64,000 nucleotides of DNA from NCBI GenBank assembly GCA_030698375.1, contig JAUYLL010000045.1, positions 2,249-66,248 of the forward strand, read 5' to 3'. Below are positions 55,689 through 64,000 of this stretch, piece by piece. The stretch's first letter is position 1. Each line of letters starts with the position of its first letter. A program made the position numbers and the translations under genes. This DNA is from Nocardioides sp. (lineage in GTDB: Bacteria; Actinomycetota; Actinomycetes; Propionibacteriales; Nocardioidaceae). Under the pieces are notes generated by a model, which searched no databases, was not told the DNA's origin, and was given only the letters and a program-made list of their open reading frames with translations.

Positions 55689-57223
55689 CCCGTCCACGCC
55701 CCCGGCGTCGCGGTCTCGCGGCTGCCGCGCTGCTCGGTGCCGCAGCCCTCGCTGCCTCGGCCACTCCCGGCGCCGGTGCCGCACCCCTAGGTGAGGCGGT
55801 CTCGGCTGCGTCCCGGGTGACCGCACAGGACCCCGATGCCCCGGACGGGGCGTCCCACCGCAACGTCCTGTTCCTGACCGTCGACGACGCGGCCATCGGC
55901 GACCTCGACGCGATGCCCCTCGCCCGGTCGGTGCTCGGGGAAGCCGGCACCAGCTACACCCAGGCCGTCGCGCCCACCCCGATCTGCGTGCCGGCCCGGG
56001 CCTCGATGATCACCGGCCAGCACGCGGACAACCACGGCGCGCACACCATCTCCGGACCCCAGGGTGGAGCAGCCGCCTTCGAGGACGACGACACGCTGCC
56101 CGTCGCCCTGGAGGAGGCGGGCTACGAGACCCTGATGGTCGGCAAGTACCTCAACGGCTGGGGCGCGGACGGCGACCTGGACCCGCCTCCCGGCTGGACG
56201 CACTGGCGGGGCACGGTCGACCCGTCGACGTACTCCTTCTTCACGCCGACGCTCAGCGTGGACGGCCGGCCGCGGTCGTTCTTCCGCTACAACTCGGATC
56301 TCTTCTCCGACCTGCTCGAGGACTTCCTGCGCGACCCCGGGCGTGAGGGCCGGCCATGGTTCGGCTGGGTCAACTTCGTGGCGCCGCACACCGGGTCGCC
56401 GAACGTGCGCACCGAGCCGCCGAACCGCTTCGCCCACTGCCTGGTCGACCGGCCGGTACGTGTGCCCGTCCCGGCGCCGAGACACGAGGGCAGCGCCTCC
56501 TTTACGCCGCTCCCAGACACCCCGGACCTCTTCGCGGAGAGTGAACCGGGCGCACCCTCCCTGGACGGGCCCACGTGGACGCTCTGCGGGCGCGAGATGG
56601 TGCAGCGCGCCCACCAACTGCGTCTGGAGTCCCTCCGAGCAGTCGACGAGGCGGTGGACCGTGCGGTGGCCACGCTCGAGGAGATCGGACAGCTGGACGA
56701 CACGCTCGTGCTGCTGGTCTCCGACAACGGATTCGTGACCGGCCAGCACAACAGATACGGCAAGCTCGTGCCCTACGACCAGATCCTGAGGGTGCCCGTG
56801 CTCGTACGTGGACCGGGGTTCGACGCCGGGTCGCGGGAGGGCGCATCGATCACCATGGCCGACCTCGCCACGACGATCGCTGCCCATGCCGGGGTGCGGC
56901 CGGGACGGGTGCAGGACGGCTATCCGTTGACGGACCTCCCGCGGGACCGGGTCGTGCCGCTCGTGGCCTGGCCGGTCCGTGACGGGTCCCGCCCGCTCTA
57001 CCGCGGGGTGCGCACGACGCGCTTCACCCACGCCCTGTTCACCGACGGGCGCGAGCTGCTGTTCGACCGCAGGGTCGACCCGGCGGAGCTGCGCAACCTC
57101 GTCGACGACCCGGCGTACGCCGACACCTTGCGCGCCGCGCGTACGGCGACCGAGACGCTGGCGGGGTGCGCGGGAGCAGAGTGCCGGGTCCTCGACGGGA
57201 CGGGGCTCCCCGCCCCGGACTGA
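55685..57223 (+). CDS. Secreted sulfatase
   Basis: Signal peptide (RRR + hydrophobic stretch), VDD, CVPAR (CxPxR), GKYLN and SDNG motifs. Confidence 0.87.
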   Translation: MTRPRPRRRGLAAAALLGAAALAASATPGAGAAPLGEAVSAASRVTAQDPDAPDGASHRNVLFLTVDDAAIGDLDAMPLARSVLGEAGTSYTQAVAPTPICVPARASMITGQHADNHGAHTISGPQGGAAAFEDDDTLPVALEEAGYETLMVGKYLNGWGADGDLDPPPGWTHWRGTVDPSTYSFFTPTLSVDGRPRSFFRYNSDLFSDLLEDFLRDPGREGRPWFGWVNFVAPHTGSPNVRTEPPNRFAHCLVDRPVRVPVPAPRHEGSASFTPLPDTPDLFAESEPGAPSLDGPTWTLCGREMVQRAHQLRLESLRAVDEAVDRAVATLEEIGQLDDTLVLLVSDNGFVTGQHNRYGKLVPYDQILRVPVLVRGPGFDAGSREGASITMADLATTIAAHAGVRPGRVQDGYPLTDLPRDRVVPLVAWPVRDGSRPLYRGVRTTRFTHALFTDGRELLFDRRVDPAELRNLVDDPAYADTLRAARTATETLAGCAGAECRVLDGTGLPAPD

Positions 57224-57235
57224 CGGCCTGTCAGG

Positions 57236-57412
57236 TCAGTCGTCGGGGTCGTCGAGCCGAGCGAGCCAGGTGGCCAACCGCTCGACCGGCACCTCGAAGT
57301 CGGGGTTCAGGTCCACGAACTCGACGAGGCGCTCGGCCAGCCACGCCAAGGTGACCTCCTCGTCGCCCCGGCGTCGCTCGAGCTCCTCGATCCCGCGATC
57401 GGTGTGGTACAT
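57236..57412 (-). CDS. Small conserved protein (DUF6104-like)
   Basis: MYHTDRGIEEL..RRG.EEV...WLAERL..FVDLNP; directly downstream of kgd. Confidence 0.8.
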   Translation of the reverse strand: MYHTDRGIEELERRRGDEEVTLAWLAERLVEFVDLNPDFEVPVERLATWLARLDDPDD

Positions 57413-57422
57413 CGACCCGCCC

Positions 57423-60400
57423 TCAGGAGAATGCCTGCGCGACGAGGCCCTTCTGCTCCTCGACGTGGCGGGACTGCTGCCCGACCGCGGGGGAGGAGGA
57501 CTCCGGTCGCGAGACCCGGTAGAACGGCACGTCGAGCTCCCCGGTGAGGTGGAGCGCCATGTGCGGCCAGGGGCCCATGTTCGCGGGCTCGTCCTGCACC
57601 CACCGGACCTCCTCGAGGTTCGGGTAGCGGGACAGCTCGGCCTGGAGCTCCTCGACGGGCCGCGGGTAGAGCTGCTCGACGCGGACGATGGCGGTGGTCG
57701 GCTCATCGCCCTCGCGCTTCTTGCGCTCGACCATGAGGTCCCAGGTCACCCGGCCGCTGCACAGCAGCACCTTGCGGACGGACTCCGCGTCGACCTGGGC
57801 ATCGCCGATGATCGGGCGGAAGGTGCCCTCGGTGAAGTCGGTCGGCTGAGAAGCGGCCTCCTTGCGCTTGAGCATCGACTTCGGGGTGAAGACGATGAGA
57901 GGGCGGTGCTCCTCCTCGAGGGAGTGGCGCCGAAGCAGGTGGAAGTAGCTCGCCGGGCTCGACGGCTGGGCGACGACGAAGGCCTCGTCGGCCGCCATCG
58001 TCAGGAACCGCTCGATCCGGGCGGAGGAGTGGTCGGGGCCCTGGCCCTCGTAGCCGTGCGGCAGCAGGAGCACCACTCCGGACTGCTGTCCCCACTTGGT
58101 CTGGCTCGAGGTGATGAACTCGTCGATGACGATCTGGGCACCGTTGACGAAGTCGCCGAACTGAGCCTCCCAGAGCACCAGCGCGTCGGGGCGGGCGACG
58201 GAGTAGCCGTACTCGAAGCCGAGGGCGGCGTACTCCGAGAGCAGGGAGTCGTAGATGTAGAACTGCGCCTGGTCCTCGGAAAGGTTGCTGAGCGGGGTCC
58301 ACTCGTCGGCGTTGCGGCGGTCGATGATCGTCGCGAACCGCTGGACGAAGGTGCCCCGACGCGAGTCCTGGCCGGCGAGCCGGACGGGCCGCCCGTCCAT
58401 GAGCAGCGAGCCGAAGGCCAGGATCTCCCCGGTACCCCAGTCGATGGGCCCGTCGGTGATCGCACCGGCTCGACGCTGCAGCTGTGGCTGCACCTTGGGG
58501 TGGACGACGAAGCCCTCGGGCGCGCTGACGTAGGCGTCCGCGATCCGCTTGAGCGTCTCCTTGCTGATGGCGGTGGTTGTCTCGCCCGAGCTCTTCTCGG
58601 GGTAGTCCGGCACCGTGGTCCACTCCGAGGGGGTGTTGGTGGCCTCCCGCACCTCGGTGAAGACCCGCTCGAGCTGCTGCTGGTAGTCCCGCAGGACCTG
58701 CTCGGCCTCCTCGAGCGTGATGTCGCCACGCCCGATCAAGGACTCGGTGTAGAGCTTGCGCACCGAGCGCTTCTGCTCGATGAGGTCGTACATCAGCGGC
58801 TGGGTGTACGACGGGTCGTCGCCCTCGTTGTGACCGCGGCGGCGGTAGCAGACGAGGTCGATGACGACGTCCTTGTTGAACGCCTGGCGGTACTCGAAGG
58901 CCAGCCGGGCGACGCGGATGCAAGCCTCGGGGTCATCGCCGTTGACGTGGAAGATCGGCGCCTGGACCATCCGCGCGACGTCGGTGCAGTACAGCGACGA
59001 GCGGGAGGACGCGGGGGAGGTGGTGAACCCGACCTGGTTGTTCACGATGACGTGGATGGTTCCGCCGGTGCGGTAGCCGCGCAGCTGGGAGAGGTTCAGC
59101 GTCTCGGCGACGACACCCTGCCCGGCGAAGGCCGCGTCTCCGTGGATCAGCAGGGGGAGGACGGGGTACTCGGCGCCACGGTTGAGGACGTCCTGCTTCG
59201 CGCGGGCGATGCCCTCGACGATCGGGTCGACAGCCTCGAGGTGGGAAGGGTTGGCGGCGACGGAGACCTTGATCTTTTCCCCGGTGCCGGCGGTGAAGGA
59301 CCCCTCGGCACCCAGGTGGTACTTCACGTCGCCCGAGCCCTGGACGGTGCGCGGGTCGATGTTGCCCTCGAACTCACGGAAGATCTGGCCGTAGCTCTTG
59401 CCGACGATGTTCGCCAGAGCGTTGAGCCTGCCCCGGTGGGCCATGCCCATGCAGACCTCGTCGAGCCCGCCCTCGGCCGCGGCCTCGCAGATCTCGTCGA
59501 TCAGCGCGATGGTGGTCTCGCCACCCTCGAGGCTGAACCGCTTCTGCCCGACGAACTTCGTCTGGAGGAAGGTCTCGAAGGCCTCGGCCTGGTTGAGCTT
59601 GAGCAGGATGCGCAACTGCTCCTCGCGCGGGGGCTTCTGGTGCGGCTGCTCGAGGCGCTCCTGCACCCAGCGACGCTGCTCGGGGTCCTGGATGTGCATG
59701 TATTCGATGCCGACCGTGCGGCAGTAGGTGTCGCGCAGGATCCCGAGGATGTCGCGGAGCTTGAGGAACCGTCGGTCCGACCCGCCGAAGGAGCCGGTCG
59801 CGAACTCGCGGTCGAGGTCCCACAGCGTCAGGCCGTGCGACTCGACCTCGAGGTCGGGGTGGCTGCGCTGGCGGTACTCGAGCGGGTCGGTGTCGGCCAT
59901 CATGTGACCGCGCACGCGGTAGGCGTGGATGAGTTCGAGGATCCGGGCCTGCTTGCTGATCTCGTCGTCATGGTTCGTCGAGATGTCGGCAGCCCAGCGG
60001 ATCGGCTCGTAGGGGATCCGCAGGGAGCGGAAGATCTCGTCGTAGAAGCCCTTGTCGCCGAGCAGCAATCCCTGCACCCGGCGGAGGAACTCACCGGACT
60101 GGGCACCCTGGATGACCCGGTGGTCGTAGGTCGAGGTCAGCGTCATGACCTTGCTGACCGCGTTGCGGGAGAGGGTCTCCTCGGACGCACCCTGGTAGCC
60201 GGCGGGGAAGTCCATCGCGCCGACGCCGATGATCGCGCCCTGCCCCCTCATCAACCGGGGCACGGAGTGGTTGGTGCCGATGGTGCCGGGGTTGGTGAGG
60301 CTGACGGTGGTGCCCTGGAAGTCCGAGACCGCGAGCTTGTTGTTGCGCGCCTTGCGGACGATGTCCTCGTAGGCGGTCCAGAACTGCGCGAAGTCCATCG

Positions 60401-61229
60401 ACTCGGCGCCCTTGATCGCCGGGACGAGCAGCTGGCGGGTGCCGTCGGACTTCTGCTGGTCGATGGCCAGCCCGAGGTTGATGTGGGCCGGTGTGACGAG
60501 GTGCGGCTTGCCGTCGATCTCGTCGTACCCGTTGTTCATCTCCGGCATCGAGACCAGGGCCTTGACCAGCGCGTAGCCGATGATGTGGGTGAACGACACC
60601 TTGCCGCCGCGTGCGCGGGAGAGGTGGTTGTTGATGACGGTGCGGTTGTCGATGAGCAGCTTCACGGGCACGTCGCGCACGCTCGTCGCGGTCGGCACCG
60701 TGAGGCTGATGTCCATGTTCTTCGCGGTCCGGCCCGGGGCCCCGCGCAGGACCGAGACCGTCGGCTCGTCGGCGACCTCGGGAGCGTCGGTCTTCGGCTG
60801 CTCCTTCGGCACCGGGGGCGTGGCGGGGCGGTCGCCGGAGGCGTTGCGCTCCTTGGTGGTCGAGGTCGCCTTCGCCTCGCTGGTGGTGCGGGAGTCGCCC
60901 TGGGCGCGGGTCTCGGTGGGCTTGCCCGGGCCGGTCTTCTCCTTGGCGGGCATGCCCGAGGCGACGGGTGCCTCGGCACTGTCGGGGGCCTGCTCGGGCG
61001 ACTTGGCGCGCGGGGCCGGCTTGGCGCCGGGCGCGGCCGCGCTGGAGCCGGAGGTGGTGGTGGTGGCGCCGTTGCCCGCCTGGCCGTTCTTCTCGAAGTA
61101 CTCGACCCACGCGGAGTCGACGCTCCCCGGGTCGCGCTGGTAGGCCTGGTACATCTCGTCGACCAGCCACTCGTTGGCGCCGAAGGCGTCGAGGGAGGTG
61201 TCGGAGTGGTCACGGGGTGACTCGGGCAC
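57423..61229 (-). CDS. kgd: Multifunctional 2-oxoglutarate decarboxylase/dehydrogenase (E1o with succinyltransferase domain)
   Basis: [31 protein letters not shown] and WEAQFGDF motifs; start taken at GTG 61229. Confidence 0.95.
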   Translation of the reverse strand: MPESPRDHSDTSLDAFGANEWLVDEMYQAYQRDPGSVDSAWVEYFEKNGQAGNGATTTTSGSSAAAPGAKPAPRAKSPEQAPDSAEAPVASGMPAKEKTGPGKPTETRAQGDSRTTSEAKATSTTKERNASGDRPATPPVPKEQPKTDAPEVADEPTVSVLRGAPGRTAKNMDISLTVPTATSVRDVPVKLLIDNRTVINNHLSRARGGKVSFTHIIGYALVKALVSMPEMNNGYDEIDGKPHLVTPAHINLGLAIDQQKSDGTRQLLVPAIKGAESMDFAQFWTAYEDIVRKARNNKLAVSDFQGTTVSLTNPGTIGTNHSVPRLMRGQGAIIGVGAMDFPAGYQGASEETLSRNAVSKVMTLTSTYDHRVIQGAQSGEFLRRVQGLLLGDKGFYDEIFRSLRIPYEPIRWAADISTNHDDEISKQARILELIHAYRVRGHMMADTDPLEYRQRSHPDLEVESHGLTLWDLDREFATGSFGGSDRRFLKLRDILGILRDTYCRTVGIEYMHIQDPEQRRWVQERLEQPHQKPPREEQLRILLKLNQAEAFETFLQTKFVGQKRFSLEGGETTIALIDEICEAAAEGGLDEVCMGMAHRGRLNALANIVGKSYGQIFREFEGNIDPRTVQGSGDVKYHLGAEGSFTAGTGEKIKVSVAANPSHLEAVDPIVEGIARAKQDVLNRGAEYPVLPLLIHGDAAFAGQGVVAETLNLSQLRGYRTGGTIHVIVNNQVGFTTSPASSRSSLYCTDVARMVQAPIFHVNGDDPEACIRVARLAFEYRQAFNKDVVIDLVCYRRRGHNEGDDPSYTQPLMYDLIEQKRSVRKLYTESLIGRGDITLEEAEQVLRDYQQQLERVFTEVREATNTPSEWTTVPDYPEKSSGETTTAISKETLKRIADAYVSAPEGFVVHPKVQPQLQRRAGAITDGPIDWGTGEILAFGSLLMDGRPVRLAGQDSRRGTFVQRFATIIDRRNADEWTPLSNLSEDQAQFYIYDSLLSEYAALGFEYGYSVARPDALVLWEAQFGDFVNGAQIVIDEFITSSQTKWGQQSGVVLLLPHGYEGQGPDHSSARIERFLTMAADEAFVVAQPSSPASYFHLLRRHSLEEEHRPLIVFTPKSMLKRKEAASQPTDFTEGTFRPIIGDAQVDAESVRKVLLCSGRVTWDLMVERKKREGDEPTTAIVRVEQLYPRPVEELQAELSRYPNLEEVRWVQDEPANMGPWPHMALHLTGELDVPFYRVSRPESSSPAVGQQSRHVEEQKGLVAQAFS

Positions 61230-61487
61230 GGCTAGGTTCGCCTCTTCCGGTGCGTCGCGCGGGGGGTGGGTGTGCGGCACCCAGGCTAGTCCGTCGCGGC
61301 AACATTCCGCACGCGGGACGCGGGCCGTCACACGAGGCCCGCGTGGTCTCCGCCACGTCGTCCGCACGGCACGTCCTGTCCTCCAGGTGGGCCCCCGTCC
61401 TGCGCGCTCGGGGGCGCTGGCACCCTGGAGCGGCCGATGGTCGGGTCGGTGTCGAGCAGGCAAGCGTGAGCACGGAAGGAGTCCTGG

Positions 61488-62123
61488 GTGTGCGGAGGAC
61501 AGCGTCGGCGGGGTCGTCACGTCGTGGCGGGAGTGCTCGTGGCCGTCCTCGTGCTGACGGGGTGCACGAGCGGGAGCAACGGCAATGAGCCGGGCCCCGA
61601 GCGCCAGGACGTCACCCGTGGCGACGTCCTGGAGCCCCGGGCGGCGCCGCTGGGGGTGCAGATCGCCTCTGTGGCGGGCCAGATCCCGCGGCGGCAGCGC
61701 GAGCAGATCCGCAAGCGCATCGCCGCCACCGTCAGCGGCTACGTCCAGGGGGCGTTCCTCGGTGACTACCCGCGCACGACGTACCGCGGCGCGTTCGGAG
61801 ACTTCACCGACTCCGCGAGGTCGCGGGCGCGCCGCGACCTGGGCCTGCTCACCCACGCCGATCGGGGAGCGCGGTACGTCGGGGTGACCCCGCGCCGCCA
61901 GCAGGTCCGGGTGCACGCGTACGCCCCCCGGCGGCGGGTCCTGGGCGCCACGGCGCGGCTGCGGCTCGTGCTGCTGATCGAGCGCGACGACGAGACGGTC
62001 CAGCGCGTCTGGGTCACCGGGCGGTTGTTGCTGACCCGGACGCGCAACGGGAGCTTTCGGGTCTTCGGCTACGACATACGACGGACGTCCTCGCGGCCGG
62101 CCGTCGCGGGAGGTGGGGCATGA
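61488..62123 (+). CDS. Hypothetical lipoprotein (start uncertain)
   Basis: Lipobox LTGC; overlaps the LCP gene start. Confidence 0.6.
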   Translation: MCGGQRRRGRHVVAGVLVAVLVLTGCTSGSNGNEPGPERQDVTRGDVLEPRAAPLGVQIASVAGQIPRRQREQIRKRIAATVSGYVQGAFLGDYPRTTYRGAFGDFTDSARSRARRDLGLLTHADRGARYVGVTPRRQQVRVHAYAPRRRVLGATARLRLVLLIERDDETVQRVWVTGRLLLTRTRNGSFRVFGYDIRRTSSRPAVAGGGA

Positions 62124-63025
62124 GGCGCTCGCGAACCGCTGCTGCCGTGGCAGGTCTGGCGCTGCTCGCCACGATCACGCCCGACGCGGCCTACCAGGAG
62201 CCCCCCGCTGCGCTGGTTTCCGTGGCGCGTGACGACGGACGCGCTCAGGCCATCGGGCGGGACCCCGCGGTGACCTGGATCCTGGCGATGGGGTCGGACG
62301 CCCGTCCGGGGCAACGGGTGCTGCGCAGCCGTGCCGATGCCATCCAGCTCGTCGGCATCAACGCCCGCACCGGGCATGCGACCGCGATCGGCATCCCGCG
62401 TGACTCCTACGTCCCCATCCCGGGCTACGGCCGCAACCGCGTGAACGCGGCCCTGACCTTCGGTGGTCCGCAGCTCATGGCACGGACGGTGGCGCAGATG
62501 ACCGGGCTGCGTCCCGACTACGTGATGATCACGAGCTTCCGGGGCTTCGAGCGGATGGTCGTCGCCGTCGGGGGGATCACCGTGCGCTCGCCGTTCGCCT
62601 TCGAGGACATCGTCCGTCCGCAGGGGTACAAGGTGGGGAAGAATCGGCTCAACGGGCTCCAGGCCCACATCTTCGCGCGGATCCGCAAGCCGCTGCCGCG
62701 CGGGGACTTCGACCGCTCGGCGAACCAGCAGCGCGCCATGATGGGCATCCTGCGGGAGATCCGTCGCAAACGGGAGCGCCCAGGCTTCGTGGAGCGCGGG
62801 GTGCTGGCAGCGGTACGCGACCTCTCGACCGACCTGAACCCCGTGGAGGCCTACCGGCTGGGCCACGCAGTAGCCCAGGTGCGGCCCTCCCGGGTACGCA
62901 CCTGCGTGTTGCGGGGGCGGACGGGCAGCGCGGGTGCGGCCAGTGTGGTCTTCCCCGACATCCGGCAGGCCCGGAGCATCACCCGGCGTGCCGGTCGGGA
63001 CGCACGCCTCGAGGGTCGCTGCTGA
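62120..63025 (+). CDS. LCP (LytR-CpsA-Psr) family protein
   Basis: GSDAR, RAD, IPRDS, R..R and GDF.RSANQ motifs. Confidence 0.88.
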   Translation: MRRSRTAAAVAGLALLATITPDAAYQEPPAALVSVARDDGRAQAIGRDPAVTWILAMGSDARPGQRVLRSRADAIQLVGINARTGHATAIGIPRDSYVPIPGYGRNRVNAALTFGGPQLMARTVAQMTGLRPDYVMITSFRGFERMVVAVGGITVRSPFAFEDIVRPQGYKVGKNRLNGLQAHIFARIRKPLPRGDFDRSANQQRAMMGILREIRRKRERPGFVERGVLAAVRDLSTDLNPVEAYRLGHAVAQVRPSRVRTCVLRGRTGSAGAASVVFPDIRQARSITRRAGRDARLEGRC

Positions 63026-63116
63026 GGCAGCCCGCCTCCGGCTGGACGCCGGTCCGGACGTGGCAAGGGCCGCCGAGCGTGCTGCTCGGCGGCCCTTGTC
63101 GTGGAGTGCGGCTGGG

Positions 63117-64000
63117 TCAGTTGCGTCGGATGCGGGCGGTGGCCAGGCCCAGCTCGACGATCCGTCCCAGTGGGCCGGCGTCGCTGAGGCCGACCCGGAT
63201 GCCGGTGACCGCGATGCCGCGCTTCAGGCGCTTCACGTTCTTGCCCGAGCCCGTCGTCTGGATGAAGCCGCCGTCGAACTCGGTGACGCCGGACGGGTGC
63301 AGCGTGATCTCCTTGCCGTCGACCAGGACCTGAGCGATCCGGACCGTCGGCACCCGGCGCTTGATCCGGCCCCTGGGGCCCTGGACGACACGGGCCTGGG
63401 AGACGAGACCGCGGACCTCGACCGGCACCGGGCCGAGGAGCTGGACCGAGCCGATGGTGGAGCGGAGCACCGTCACGGCGCTCCCGTTCTTGCGGTGCTT
63501 GCCCATCGACTCGGACTTGGCCCCGGTGACCTTGACCAGGCCGCCGAGGATGTTGCTCTCGCCGACTCGCTCGGCCTTGAACTTGCCGCCGGTGCCTTCG
63601 CAGCGCACGCCCTGCATGAGGATGCGACCGAGCAGCGTCAGCGGCCCGCCCTGGCCGGTCTCGGCCAGGTTCACCCGGCCGAGGATGGCTGCGCCGTGGA
63701 AGACCTGGTCCGGCCGGTTGCGGGCGACTCGTGACCAGGCACGTCCGAGATCGACCTTGGTCTGGATCGCGTCCAGGTGCAGCTTGAGGGCGTAGGTGCT
63801 GGACTCCGCGAAGCCCGCCCGGGCCTTCGAGCGCTCGTGACCCAGAGCGATCTTGCCGAGGCCGGGGATCGCGATGCCACCGGGACCTGCCTGCTTCAGC
63901 ACGCCGGTGACTGCGCTCACGAGGGTGTTCGCCGGCTCCCGCGTGTTCTCCGAGATCGCGTCGAGGAGGTCCTGGAGGGGCTCGCTGATCTCCTCGGGGA
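63117..64000 (-). CDS. C-terminal part of a beta-rich, probably secreted protein (choice-of-anchor-P-like); begins beyond the window
   Basis: Frame appears open to the window edge; beta-strand-rich; ends VELGLATARI. Confidence 0.5.
   Translation of the reverse strand, partial: PEEISEPLQDLLDAISENTREPANTLVSAVTGVLKQAGPGGIAIPGLGKIALGHERSKARAGFAESSTYALKLHLDAIQTKVDLGRAWSRVARNRPDQVFHGAAILGRVNLAETGQGGPLTLLGRILMQGVRCEGTGGKFKAERVGESNILGGLVKVTGAKSESMGKHRKNGSAVTVLRSTIGSVQLLGPVPVEVRGLVSQARVVQGPRGRIKRRVPTVRIAQVLVDGKEITLHPSGVTEFDGGFIQTTGSGKNVKRLKRGIAVTGIRVGLSDAGPLGRIVELGLATARIRRN

Noticed and set aside
56979-61220. 1413-aa plus-strand ORF
   Set aside because: Antisense shadow of kgd caused by GC codon bias; no recognisable motifs. 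The same applies to 6351-9176, 11715-13253, 4337-6712 and most other overlapping ORFs.
36187-61229. Clustering of redox and stress genes (sigR, whiB1, pdtaS, sigF, sodN) as a new system
   Set aside because: Matches well-known conserved actinobacterial synteny.
61230-61916. Long N-terminal extensions in the ORF track (kgd, whiB1, sodN, sigF, fahA, DUF2785)
   Set aside because: Artefacts of longest-ORF calling; family-like sequence begins at downstream starts.

Overview
High-GC actinobacterial DNA; gene content suggests a Nocardioides-like organism (inference). About 65 real genes sit among many antisense shadow ORFs. I saw no tRNA, rRNA, CRISPR array, integrase or IS transposase. The right part (about 33.6-64 kb) is a conserved actinobacterial core block: hisN, rsgA, aroA, SRAP, sigR(sigH)-rsrA, bL37, pdtaS, whiB1, sigF/rsbW, sodN/sodX, malic enzyme, kgd. 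The left part (about 2.7-33 kb) looks accessory and contains several small regulons whose operators can be read directly from the DNA. The best candidate for an undescribed system is at 10.4-15.1 kb. A Cys-free MerR regulator is flanked by three copies of one dyad (CTCACG-N3-CG[G/T]TAG-NN-T), each fused to a -10 box pointing at a different gene: a spermidine-synthase-like SAM protein (via a leaderless 14-codon uORF), release factor RF3 (prfC), and a SulP/STAS transporter with a long, alternatively pairing leader. Other notable items: an EthR-like TetR regulon defined by an identical 14-bp operator 7.7 kb apart; a sulfotransferase/DUF1214/SDR/SBP module with a perfect 20-bp operator; an SRPBCC/thiolase-like/crotonase fusion; a frameshifted DUF222-HNH gene with a RecA-NDp-like promoter; a two-promoter, two-isoform sigR layout; and two small genes absent from the ORF track. 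All family assignments come from motif recognition by eye, not database searches.
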